From: an uncultured cyanobacterium
GTDB taxonomy: Bacteria > Cyanobacteriota > Cyanobacteriia > Cyanobacteriales > Nostocaceae
Assembly (NCBI GenBank): GCA_963706595.1
Contig: OY970166.1
Coordinates: forward strand, 4,000,001-4,064,000
Direction of reading: 5' to 3'
Length of the DNA stretch: 64,000 bases
Below, piece by piece: positions 34,124 through 43,633 of this stretch. The notes beneath the pieces are model-generated. The model was not told the origin of the DNA and did not search any database. It worked only from the letters and a program-made list of their open reading frames with translations. The translations under genes and the position numbers were made by a program. Positions within the stretch are counted from its first letter, which is position 1. Every line of letters begins with the position of its first letter.

Positions 34124-34432
34124 ATGGCAGATTTACCTAACAATTGGGCTGATATACAACCAGATACTGTATATATTTCAATGAGTGGGCTGTTAATTTC
34201 ATTTGCAAGCGAGCAAATAAAGTTAGGAATAAAATATGATCAAAATGGCAAGCATTTAAAAGCAATCGAGAAGGGACAAGTACCCACACGCGGTAATGTT
34301 GGGCTAGTTCCTTCCCAAGAAGAAGGCTATGAGTTGAAATCGAAAGTATTAGGTAAAGGTGGCGATCGCCGATTTCATGCAAAATTTATTGATGGTGTGT
34401 TGCACTTTCCCGGTTGGATAACAGAACATTAA
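34124..34432 (+). CDS. Small hypothetical protein, possible RNase-toxin-like domain
   Basis: 102-aa ORF; ELK.KVLGKGGDRR...H C-terminus; tightly followed by the next ORF. Confidence 0.6.
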   Translation: MADLPNNWADIQPDTVYISMSGLLISFASEQIKLGIKYDQNGKHLKAIEKGQVPTRGNVGLVPSQEEGYELKSKVLGKGGDRRFHAKFIDGVLHFPGWITEH

Positions 34433-34444
34433 ATAGGAGTAAGT

Positions 34445-34825
34445 ATGACAAAACTCGAATTAAGAAATCACCAAGTCTGGAGAGATTTAACCGAAATATT
34501 AGAAACTTTATATCCTGATATTCTTGTTAAAGAACATCTTGAATCATGTGATTATAAAATATGCGGCTACTGGGATGAGCAAGATAAATATCATGAAACA
34601 ATTACTTTACCGCGTAATCTAGAAGCCTTATTAGTCAGCAGTTCTATCGGAGTTACTAATAAAAAACGCTTTATACAACTAAAGTTTTCCCTAATAAATG
34701 CTGGTATTGATATTACTCATCAGCCAAGTAATAACTCTCAAAAGTTGGGTGAATTAGTTCTTGTATATGATGAAAATCTGGAGTTTATTGATGAAAATTG
34801 GCTTTTAGATATCGATTTTATATAG
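34445..34825 (+). CDS. Small hypothetical protein, possible immunity/antitoxin partner
   Basis: AGGAG RBS, 12 nt after upstream stop, acidic C-terminus YDENLEFIDENW. Confidence 0.65.
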   Translation: MTKLELRNHQVWRDLTEILETLYPDILVKEHLESCDYKICGYWDEQDKYHETITLPRNLEALLVSSSIGVTNKKRFIQLKFSLINAGIDITHQPSNNSQKLGELVLVYDENLEFIDENWLLDIDFI

Positions 34826-34852
34826 CAATCCTAAATAAGTCATTGGACCCAA

Positions 34853-34885
34853 AGATCCCCGACTTCTTGAAGAAGTCGGGGATCT
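34853..34885. repeat. 33-bp dispersed palindrome AGATCCCCGACTTCT-N3-AGAAGTCGGGGATCT (copy 1 of 3)
   Basis: Identical arms at 43146 and 52228. Confidence 0.9.
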
Positions 34886-34991
34886 GAGCCTCTCGTCCTT
34901 CACTGATGCAGCAAATTATGGGCTAAAAAAATGTGTTACTCTACAGGTGTTAATCTTTACATTATCAAACAAGCAACTTTAGACTCTGAAT

Positions 34992-35879
34992 ATGCAAATA
35001 GAAAAACGCTTAAAAAATCACTACAAACGCTGGAATATTGAATTCTCTTATGAGGAAGAATTTTTAAAGTTCAAAAATAGATTGGTAAGGATTATCGATA
35101 AATTAATCGGTGTTGAGCTGCTTTTAAATTCAGATGTTGATAAAGATTTTATTGAAATATTTAACTTCCATCAAGCACATGAACCCTATGTGAATACTTA
35201 TTATAATGAAGAGGATTTTTTTGATCTCGATACCAAAATATTGCGTTATATCAAGGATTGTAAAAATACACAAGAACTAGCGACAGTATTACAATTTATG
35301 TTTTGGGCGCTAGAAAAAAATGATGAAACGCAAAATTTGGTTTTACAAATAGTCAAAGAAATTAGGAGATTGTCTCCATTAACACCCAGCGCGGCGTTTC
35401 AAATTTACAAAAAAGGTAAGCAAGTAATTATTTACCCTTATGGTGATGAGTTTTTGGATATCGGTATTATCGATTGTGTACTGTCTGGACTGGAAGATTA
35501 TCCAAAAGTCGCTGAACCTTTTGAAAAAGCACTCAAGATTTATCAAAGTGGTGAAATAAGCTTATACAGAAATTTGCTTGATAATTTACGCTTTGCGCTT
35601 GAGCAACTTTGTCGGCAGATATTGAACAACGAGAAACAATCATTAGAAAATCTAAAACCTTCTCTTCTACGTTGGCTTCACAATAAAGGATTACATAAGG
35701 AAGTATCAAATTTATATGAAAAGCTATTAAGCCAATATGAGAAGTACCAAAATAACGCTGTGAAGCACAATGAAAATTATTCTATAGATGAAGTGGAATT
35801 TATGATTTATCTCACTGGCAACTTTATCCGTCTCATACTCCAGTTGGCAAGGCAAGTAAACAATGTTACCGAGTCGTAA
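34992..35879 (+). CDS. Hypothetical protein with HEPN/Abi-like helical C-terminal domain
   Basis: LDNLRFALEQL...YQNNAVKHNE...EVEFMIYLT pattern; AT-rich. Confidence 0.55.
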   Translation: MQIEKRLKNHYKRWNIEFSYEEEFLKFKNRLVRIIDKLIGVELLLNSDVDKDFIEIFNFHQAHEPYVNTYYNEEDFFDLDTKILRYIKDCKNTQELATVLQFMFWALEKNDETQNLVLQIVKEIRRLSPLTPSAAFQIYKKGKQVIIYPYGDEFLDIGIIDCVLSGLEDYPKVAEPFEKALKIYQSGEISLYRNLLDNLRFALEQLCRQILNNEKQSLENLKPSLLRWLHNKGLHKEVSNLYEKLLSQYEKYQNNAVKHNENYSIDEVEFMIYLTGNFIRLILQLARQVNNVTES

Positions 35880-36030
35880 CTGTTCACTGTGAGATGTTAA
35901 CAAGTGATCGCCTGGAAAATACACCCTCAGATTTTATAATAATTAGTGCGCTATTAGTGCGATCGCCCCTCATATCGGCAACAATAAAATTAGAGATGAG
36001 ATTTCATGAGTTTTGCAGAAGGTGAATCCT

Positions 36031-36258
36031 ATGGAAAAAATAATGGCTATTGCTCAAATCGAAGAGCAGTTTAATTCAGAATGGGTACTGGTGGAAGACC
36101 CAGAAACTGATGAAGCTTTAGACGTTCAAAGCGGCAAGGTACTGTGGCATAGTAAGGATCGAGATGAAGTTTATCGGAAAGCCGTAGAATTACGTCCCAA
36201 AAGGTTTGCAATGCTTTACACTGGGCAGATACCTGAAAATACAGCGATCGCGCTATGA
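36031..36258 (+). CDS. Small conserved hypothetical protein (DUF5678-like)
   Basis: EWVLV...GKVLWHSKDRDEVY...YTG pattern. Confidence 0.65.
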   Translation: MEKIMAIAQIEEQFNSEWVLVEDPETDEALDVQSGKVLWHSKDRDEVYRKAVELRPKRFAMLYTGQIPENTAIAL

Positions 36259-36427
36259 GTTTCTCTTTCTGGAAGTCTTTGCAGTAGGTTCAAAATTTTG
36301 GTCAATGCAAGTTACCGTTGCAGAGACAGTTGTTATTTCAATACTGATAATTGGTAGCCAATTTATTAAAACGGGTGTAGAGTAGTTGAGATCGTTTATC
36401 TCATCCTCACCTTTAAAGCATCCATCT

Positions 36428-36667
36428 ATGGATAGAAAAACCAAGCGCCTGTTATTGCTCGTTTTTTCCTGTAGTCTAACTGGTGTAATTCTAGGCGGCA
36501 CATCCAGTTGGGCAGAAAGTAATCTTTGCTTACAATCCGAGACAGTGACGAGCAATTGTTTAAAACAAGAACCCATCCAAAAAACTATCCAAGGCATGAG
36601 TACAGGTTTGGTAGCAGGAGCAGGTGCGGCGGCTGGTGCAGCCTGGAATATCCGTCACGAAGATTAA
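36428..36667 (+). CDS. Small membrane protein with two TM segments and a Cys pair
   Basis: ATG at 36428; hydrophobic N- and C-terminal segments. Confidence 0.65.
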   Translation: MDRKTKRLLLLVFSCSLTGVILGGTSSWAESNLCLQSETVTSNCLKQEPIQKTIQGMSTGLVAGAGAAAGAAWNIRHED

Positions 36668-36777
36668 TTTGTCAGACAACATCCCTATTTTAGATATAGA
36701 GTTTGAGCAACGCTTGGCGTTGCTCAGTTCTGGGAACCAATGACTTCTAACCTGTGGGCATTTGTGCCAAATCAAGG

Positions 36778-37527
36778 TTAAAAAGTATAATTTCGCTCGC
36801 GCACCCATAAACTAACGGGTACAGCATTACCTTGAGGATCTACTTTGACTCTGACAGTAATTGGTCGGATTTGTCTACCTCTATTTCCTCTATTTCTTCT
36901 AGTTTGCTGAACGCTTTGGAAGATATCATCACTAATTTGCTGCCGTTGTTGTTCTGGAAGGTAGTATGTTTCTACTCCATAGGTAACGGCATTATCTTGA
37001 TATACCCCTCTTAAGGCTACTTGATTACTGGGGAGAGATTCAGGCAGATTGCTACTTACTCGTATCGGTCTCCAAGCGGTGGGAACACCACGACCAGAAG
37101 AAATTCGTTGCTCTTGCAAAATCACATACAAATTGGTTCCTGGTGCCAATTGTCTGTTTCTACCTTGATTTCCCTGGAATAAATCATCCCAACCGCGAAG
37201 TCTTCGCAAATTTTCTACACGGGATATGTTGTATTCCAATTGTAGGGAAAAGTCTTGAACAACATTATTCGGGTCTTGAGCCACTGTTTGCAGAATTACA
37301 TCCCTACCCGCGATGTTAGTATACATTGCTTGGGTAGGAACTGCGAGAATTATTCCTGTTTGAATTAAGAGGGGAACTAATAGCCGCCAAAAAGGTAGCG
37401 GTTTGTTCGCTTTTTGTTCAGTAGCAATGAGGTAATCTCGAAAAGTTAGCTTCTCCGAGAATTCGGCTTCTGGGGATAATGTTCTAAATGATTTATTTCC
37501 ACTCGATTCAGAGGAATCACTTTTCAT
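36778..37527 (-). CDS. GDYXXLXY-domain membrane-anchored protein
   Basis: DP....DFSLQLEY (degenerate GDYxxLxY), YGVETYYLPE; follows a DUF2157 gene. Confidence 0.8.
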   Translation of the reverse strand: MKSDSSESSGNKSFRTLSPEAEFSEKLTFRDYLIATEQKANKPLPFWRLLVPLLIQTGIILAVPTQAMYTNIAGRDVILQTVAQDPNNVVQDFSLQLEYNISRVENLRRLRGWDDLFQGNQGRNRQLAPGTNLYVILQEQRISSGRGVPTAWRPIRVSSNLPESLPSNQVALRGVYQDNAVTYGVETYYLPEQQRQQISDDIFQSVQQTRRNRGNRGRQIRPITVRVKVDPQGNAVPVSLWVRERNYTF

Positions 37528-37636
37528 GAGCGTAGTCCTAAAATGAAGGGTTATTTTTCTAATTCTGTCTGGTTAAATTACCAGAATTAGGACTGACGCA
37601 GAGATCCTCTAAAAAGGGTGAAACACAGAGATTTCA

Positions 37637-37747
37637 CTAGTACAAGTTGGCGTAAATAAACAGACCATTCAAAATCCATGAAAAGCCCATTTTATAAGCT
37701 TTTTGACTTTTGATTTTTGACTTTTGACTTCCGCCTTGCGGTACTAG
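37637..37747. mobile_element. MITE-like element with CTAGTAC/GTACTAG ends and internal (TTTTGAC)n array
   Basis: 7-bp inverted ends enclosing four heptamer units. Confidence 0.6.
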
Positions 37748-37806
37748 CTACTATCGGTAAACGGAAAGAAGTTACACATTTGAAATGCTCAAACCCTTAC
37801 AGAACT

Positions 37807-37855
37807 GTAATTACGAATTACGAATTACGAATTACGCATTACGCATTACGAATTA
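37807..37855. repeat. (AATTACG)n heptamer array overlapping the DUF2157 stop
   Basis: About 6-7 tandem heptamers. Confidence 0.85.
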
Positions 37856-39270
37856 GATCCAACAGGTCGGCGACGTTCAAACCACAGTCCAGCGCTAATT
37901 AATGCCGAACCGCATAAAACAAAGACAAGTGAGCGAAAAAGTATGTCAGTGTCGTATTCTAGCACGCGGCTAATAATTTGCAGCGTTAGTAATAGCATAC
38001 CGCCCCAGAAGGTGTTTCTGTTGTTTAATTTTAATCCTTCTCGGATTAGCCCTGATGCCAAAAATGCTAAAAGTACATTGAAGATAAAACCGCCTAATTC
38101 ATCAATGCGCGTGATAGCTAGATGCCAAAAAGGTGTAACGATGATGAAAGTCAAAAAAGTGATAACTACAGCAAGAGTGAAAATCACTTCCCGGCGAGGA
38201 GGGTTATTTCTCAGGCGCAGCAGCGACAACCATTGTAATACTGCTAAACCACTGAGAACTCCTAAATCGATCACAGGCAGAGTCATGAATAAGTTATTTG
38301 TTGTGCTATTTAGCACAAAAGAATTCAAGGTTGGGGCTACCCATTGCCAACGAAAAGACAAGGCATAAAACACCAGTCCAAAAAATATCAACGCTAAGTT
38401 ACGGGCGAGAGGTTGAAATAACCTGTAATTAACTGTCGGGAACAGCAAATCATCATAACTCCAAAACAATGCAGGTGGCAGTGCAAAAGCAAAAGATGCC
38501 ACCCAAGGAGCCATATTAGAATAGTTCAGCAGTGGTAGCGGATTGAGATTCAACTGCAAAGTACCAGCAAAAACCAACGCTGCTAAGGCAAAAATCCAGC
38601 GCGAGCGACAAAAGTATGCTAAGGGTACAAATAGTAACCATGACAACAAAGGCATGTGTCGCACTAGCAAACGGACCCAATTTAAATCGCCCGGAGAAAA
38701 TGATAAGTCTCCTCTTCCCATCCAATACCCGATTTGGATGAGGATGATTGCCATAATTCCCAGGGAACTTAAAGACAGACAGTAGGCCATAGCCAACACA
38801 CCAAATCCCCAAGCAAAAAACAGTTCGGTCATAGAACCGTTAATGTTAAAAGCTTGTGCCATCAGAACTATGTTTGCGCCTAAAATGAAAGCGCTTAAAA
38901 TTAGCAGACTTTCTCCCAGGATGCGTTTACCTTGTTGCTGTTTATTCTTTTCGTTGTTGCTGGATTTAGCTTGGTTCCATGTCGAAAAACCAGTGATACT
39001 CGTTGAGATAAACAAACTCATCATCAGGATAAATTTGACTTCTCGTGACCATGTTTGCCAGTTTGCTGCTACAAAGGTAATTACACCTAAACACAAAAGG
39101 ATACTACCGATAGAAATCACAATCACGACAAAGCGATCGCGTGCTGCTGCTTCTAGGTTATTAAATCGATAACGTTGTGCTAGGTCTTGGTACTGGGAAG
39201 CACTAATTAGTCCTTCATCTCGCCATAATTGTGCTTCTCGGCGTAATTTTTGCGGAAAATCATCTAACAT
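37846..39270 (-). CDS. DUF2157 multi-pass membrane protein
   Basis: W..EGLI, GVITFVAANW, GANIVLMAQAF motifs. Confidence 0.88.
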   Translation of the reverse strand: MLDDFPQKLRREAQLWRDEGLISASQYQDLAQRYRFNNLEAAARDRFVVIVISIGSILLCLGVITFVAANWQTWSREVKFILMMSLFISTSITGFSTWNQAKSSNNEKNKQQQGKRILGESLLILSAFILGANIVLMAQAFNINGSMTELFFAWGFGVLAMAYCLSLSSLGIMAIILIQIGYWMGRGDLSFSPGDLNWVRLLVRHMPLLSWLLFVPLAYFCRSRWIFALAALVFAGTLQLNLNPLPLLNYSNMAPWVASFAFALPPALFWSYDDLLFPTVNYRLFQPLARNLALIFFGLVFYALSFRWQWVAPTLNSFVLNSTTNNLFMTLPVIDLGVLSGLAVLQWLSLLRLRNNPPRREVIFTLAVVITFLTFIIVTPFWHLAITRIDELGGFIFNVLLAFLASGLIREGLKLNNRNTFWGGMLLLTLQIISRVLEYDTDILFRSLVFVLCGSALISAGLWFERRRPVGSNS

Positions 39271-39390
39271 TTATGACCATCTCCTGTACAGTGGGTTAGC
39301 TGAGAAATCATGATCAGAATGTCGGTCATTAGACTTTCAGTATGCAGCCAAAACCCTGAATAGCATTGTTCTTCTGTAACAGTTTTACTA

Positions 39391-40371
39391 ATGGAAAAAC
39401 CATCAAATTTATTACTTAAACTCTCGCGCCGTTTGTTTGAAAACCCTGATAAACAAGAACAATTTATTGATGCATTAATTAATCCTCAACCTTTTAATCC
39501 GGCTATTCTTTGGTGTCAAAGCAAGCCGAACTTACTGCCTTTTTCAGTAGAATTACCAACAGATTGGCAACCAGATTTTGTAGACCGTCTATTATTAGGA
39601 GAAAAGCCAGGTAAACATCCCCTACATCAACAAGGTTATTTTTATTGTTTAGATTTTTCTTCTATATTTGCAGCTTCAGTTTTATTAACAATTCCTCAGC
39701 CGGTGCGTTTGGTTTTTGATATGTGTGCTTCCCCAGGAGGAAAGAGTGTTTTCGCCTGGAAAGCTTTGCAACCTGCTTTACTAATTAGTAATGAAGTGAT
39801 TGGTAAACGTTTGGGGATGCTAATTTCTAATTTAAAGCGTTGTCAAATTAGCCCTTGTACCGTAGTTAATCGAGATTCTAGTATTTTTGCCGACAACATT
39901 CCTTTGTCTAGTGATTTAGTCATAGTAGATGCGCCTTGTACTGGGCAATCTTTACTAGCTAAAGGGGAAACAGCACCTGGATGTTTTCATCCCACAGCTA
40001 TTAATAGAAGTGCTAATCGGCAAAAAAGAATTATCGCTAATTCGGCTCAATTAGTTGCACCACAAGGCTATCTAGCTTATATGACTTGTACATACTCGGC
40101 TGAGGAGAATGAGCAGGTTTGTGAATGGTTTTTGTCAAAGTTTCCTCAGTTTCAAGCAGTGAGAGTTGATTATTTAGATGAATATCAGTCACACTTAAGT
40201 AATATTCCTTGTTATCGGCTTTTTCCTCAAGATAGGCTGGGTGCAGGTGCATTTACGGTGCTTTTTCAAAATACTGAAGTTGGTAAAGCACAAGAAATAA
40301 ATTTAGACGATTTGTCTGGGGTTTGGATGAATACGAACCACAGAGGCGCAGAGAACGCAGAGAATTTTTAG
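39391..40371 (+). CDS. RsmB/NOP (RsmF-like) m5C RNA methyltransferase
   Basis: DMCASPGGKS, VDAPCTG, YMTCT..EENE motifs. Confidence 0.9.
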   Translation: MEKPSNLLLKLSRRLFENPDKQEQFIDALINPQPFNPAILWCQSKPNLLPFSVELPTDWQPDFVDRLLLGEKPGKHPLHQQGYFYCLDFSSIFAASVLLTIPQPVRLVFDMCASPGGKSVFAWKALQPALLISNEVIGKRLGMLISNLKRCQISPCTVVNRDSSIFADNIPLSSDLVIVDAPCTGQSLLAKGETAPGCFHPTAINRSANRQKRIIANSAQLVAPQGYLAYMTCTYSAEENEQVCEWFLSKFPQFQAVRVDYLDEYQSHLSNIPCYRLFPQDRLGAGAFTVLFQNTEVGKAQEINLDDLSGVWMNTNHRGAENAENF

Positions 40372-40629
40372 CGTTGCTGAAAGCAAGTATGAATTTAAAT
40401 GTAGAGACGTTCTTTATTGCAAGTCTTTACAGAAATTTTGGCATGATCACAAATCATGTTTATACTTCAACTCAGCAACGCCGAATTTTTAAATGTATTC
40501 ACCACAGAATATGTATAAGTAAACTTATGGTTGCTCATAGAGAAAATATGGGTATTTTTGAGTAAAAATACGGAAGTGTAGCCCTAGATTTAATCTTAAG
40601 ATATACTTGGATATTTATGGATTTTAATC

Positions 40630-43095
40630 ATGTCAGAAGTGCCTACTCAGTGTCAAAATTTATCAGAGCAAGTTGAGTCTATATTACAATTTTTACAGCA
40701 AGAACCATCTTTACGTTCTCAAGATATTACATCTGTACAAACTTCTCTAGGAAAAGTGATTTCTCCAAAGTTTGAAATTGTATTTGCAGGTGCATTTAGT
40801 GCCGGGAAGTCGATGCTAATTAATGCCCTCCTAGAACGGGAGTTGTTATATAGTGCCGAAGGACACGCTACAGGTACGGAATGCAAAATTGAGTATGCGG
40901 AACTAAATAATGAACGGGTGGTTTTAACGTTTTTAAGTGAAGTTGAAATTCGGGAACAAGCTAGTTTTCTGTGTCAACATTTGGGATTTCAAACAGCCGT
41001 TAATATTAATCAAGTTGAAGTAATTAGCCTCTTGCGTCAAGGTTGTGAAACGATTATTCAGCACGAAGGTGGGGAAAGTAAATCGGAACGTGCAAAACAA
41101 GCGAAGGCTTTAATATTGCTGCTGGATGGGTATGAGGCAAACCGTCAACATATTCATACTATGAATAATGCTACATACTCGATGGAGCAATTTAACTTTT
41201 CTAATCTCAAAGAAGCTGCTGGATATGCGCGGCGTGGGAGTAATAGCGCTGTGTTAAAAAGAATTGAATATTACTGTAACCATCCCCTTTTGTCAGATGG
41301 TAATGTGATCATCGACACGCCAGGAATTGATGCACCAGTAGAGAAGGATGCACAGTTAACTTACGACAAGATTCAACATCCAGATACATCGGCGGTGGTG
41401 TGTGTGTTAAAACCTGCTTCTGGTGGTGATATGACGAAGGAAGAAACGGAACTTTTAGAAAAAATGCGAAACAATGCGGGAATACGCGATCGCATCTTCT
41501 ACACCTTCAATCGCATTGACGAAACTTGGTATAATACCCAGTTAAGGCAGCGTTTAGATGATTTAATTAGTCAACAGTTTCGAGATGCGAGTCGGGTTTA
41601 TAAAACCAGTGGTTTACTCGGATTTTACGGTAGTCAGATTAAACGCACTACTGAAATAGATAGATTTGGGTTAGATTCTGTTTTTACAGAGAGTGTTAAA
41701 AGTCTCAATGGCACAGAAGAAACACCGCAATTTATTAATGAGTTTAACCGCTATTGTGTTAATTCTGGCAAACTTTCACATAGACAGTTTCCCATTTCCA
41801 TAAGCAATGCTCAAACTGCCAATCAAAATTATGTGAGAATTTTAAATGAGCATGGAACGCCTTTAATTAATCAGCTAATTCAAGATAGTGGAATTGAGGA
41901 ATTTCGCACAGCTATTACTAAATATTTAGTAGAAGAAAAGCGTCCACAGCTTTTCAAAAATCTGGCTGATGATTTGGAAGATATTTGCATTAAATTAAAA
42001 AAACATTATCAGGGTGAACAAAGGAATTTAGATAGTCAACCGCGAGAAATTGAGGCGATGAAGGCGCAAGAGTTACAACGCCTGAATCAGCAGCTACAGC
42101 AAGTTGGTAAAGATTTTAGCCAGCATATTGCAGAAGAAGTCAACCAAATAATTAATAATTCCTGTGATGCTTTTGAATCAGATTTTCGACAACTACAATC
42201 ACGGATGATTCGGCGTTTAGATGAATTGCTAGATACCTTTTCTGTGGCTGATGCTTATCGACGTTCTACTATTAGTCATCCCCGAAATGCAACTGCACCT
42301 TTACTAGCTATTTTAGTCGAGGCATTTTATTATTTAGCAAATCAATTAGAAGATATCTTGATAGATTCTTCTCAACAATTAGTTGCTAATTTGTTTCAGC
42401 GATTAATGGATAAAATTCGCAAGTCAGAATACTATCGTCAATTATATCGGTTGTTAGGTAATGATGGCGGCATTGAAAAAGAGGTAAAAATTTTAGAAAA
42501 ATCAGTATCTTTAGCGTTAGTAAGTGCAGCTAGTATAGAATGCGATCGCTTCGTCAGAGAAAGTCCTAGATTTTATGATGAAGGCACGTTTTCTATATAT
42601 CAATTTCGCCAAACTTTGCTGCAAACTTCCCAAGGTTACGATTCTGAAAGCATAGTAGAAGCTGAACCAGCAATTAGACAATTGTTAAAGTTAGATTTTG
42701 AACCAAAAGTTTCTCAAACAATCCGTAAAACCTTCCGCCAAACTATCAGCCAAATCCTCAAAAGTCAGTTATTACCTATGGCGGAACAGCAAGCAGATGA
42801 TATTTTGCAGCAGTACCCCCAAGCGCGGGCTTATTTAGAGCAAAGTCTGCAACAAGAAGCTGAGGAAAAAATTCTGAATAATCGCCGCTTATTGAGTGTT
42901 GTTGAACAAAAAATTGCGGCTTATAATTCCGCCGTTTCGCAAATCAATAATTGCTTACAGTCTATGCAGTTATATGATCATTTATTGCCTGAAATTGGCA
43001 ACGAAGATGTTCAACCACTAGTAACTGATGCAGAAGTTGTTGAATTTGCGAATAAAGATACTTTTATTGCTGATGGTTTAGTCAGCAATATATAG
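40630..43095 (+). CDS. Bacterial dynamin-like GTPase (SynDLP-like)
   Basis: G1 GAFSAGKS, G3 DTPG, G4 NRID, long helical stalk, HPRN motif, Cys near both termini. Confidence 0.88.
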   Translation: MSEVPTQCQNLSEQVESILQFLQQEPSLRSQDITSVQTSLGKVISPKFEIVFAGAFSAGKSMLINALLERELLYSAEGHATGTECKIEYAELNNERVVLTFLSEVEIREQASFLCQHLGFQTAVNINQVEVISLLRQGCETIIQHEGGESKSERAKQAKALILLLDGYEANRQHIHTMNNATYSMEQFNFSNLKEAAGYARRGSNSAVLKRIEYYCNHPLLSDGNVIIDTPGIDAPVEKDAQLTYDKIQHPDTSAVVCVLKPASGGDMTKEETELLEKMRNNAGIRDRIFYTFNRIDETWYNTQLRQRLDDLISQQFRDASRVYKTSGLLGFYGSQIKRTTEIDRFGLDSVFTESVKSLNGTEETPQFINEFNRYCVNSGKLSHRQFPISISNAQTANQNYVRILNEHGTPLINQLIQDSGIEEFRTAITKYLVEEKRPQLFKNLADDLEDICIKLKKHYQGEQRNLDSQPREIEAMKAQELQRLNQQLQQVGKDFSQHIAEEVNQIINNSCDAFESDFRQLQSRMIRRLDELLDTFSVADAYRRSTISHPRNATAPLLAILVEAFYYLANQLEDILIDSSQQLVANLFQRLMDKIRKSEYYRQLYRLLGNDGGIEKEVKILEKSVSLALVSAASIECDRFVRESPRFYDEGTFSIYQFRQTLLQTSQGYDSESIVEAEPAIRQLLKLDFEPKVSQTIRKTFRQTISQILKSQLLPMAEQQADDILQQYPQARAYLEQSLQQEAEEKILNNRRLLSVVEQKIAAYNSAVSQINNCLQSMQLYDHLLPEIGNEDVQPLVTDAEVVEFANKDTFIADGLVSNI

Positions 43096-43145
43096 CATTT
43101 TCCATCTTATAACTATTCATCCCGTCTTCCGTTTGTACAACAAAA

Positions 43146-43178
43146 AGATCCCCGACTTCTTCAAGAAGTCGGGGATCT
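43146..43178. repeat. 33-bp dispersed palindrome (copy 2 of 3)
   Basis: Same arms as 34853. Confidence 0.9.
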
Positions 43179-43218
43179 AAGCTTCTCGGTTCCGCCACAT
43201 AATCAATCAGGCTAATTG

Positions 43219-43464
43219 ATGAATAAAACGCCGCGAATTCGTATCCCGCCAGAAGTCAGACAATATGTATTTCAAAGAGATAAATACCAATGCCAAAGCT
43301 GCGGTAAAACCAAGTTAGAAACTGACTTGACAATCGATCATATCATCCCCCTAGCCCGTGGCGGTCAAAACGATATGAGCAATTTACACACCCTCTGCTT
43401 GACTTGCAACCAGCAAAAAACCGATAAACTTGACCCTCGATTCCGGCGACATTTTCAGAATTAG
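43219..43464 (+). CDS. Small stand-alone Zn-binding HNH endonuclease
   Basis: RD...CQSCG...IDHIIPLARGG...NL..LCLTCN..K. Confidence 0.9.
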   Translation: MNKTPRIRIPPEVRQYVFQRDKYQCQSCGKTKLETDLTIDHIIPLARGGQNDMSNLHTLCLTCNQQKTDKLDPRFRRHFQN

Positions 43465-43541
43465 GAATTTTCCAAAAATAAATTATGCCTTTTTAGTTAA
43501 TTGTGTTACATTAAGTAGCGAGATGTAATACATAGGCTTTG

Positions 43542-43629
43542 TTATGGTTTGGGTTCTATATACCCGACTGGCGCGCCAACCACTGGATTGACCGTGTAGT
43601 ACAAAGTAACTTGTAACGTCACACCATAA
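43542..43629 (+). ncRNA. Putative ~90-nt multibranch ncRNA (RNA A)
   Basis: Closing stem TTATGGT/ACCATAA enclosing hairpins TTGGGT/ACCCGA, TGGC/GCCA and TGAC/GTCA. Confidence 0.5.
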
Positions 43630-43633
43630 ACCC

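Noticed and set aside
40630..43464. Eleos/LeoABC-type dynamin defence system
   Set aside because: There is only one dynamin gene, of the widespread SynDLP type, and no partner genes.
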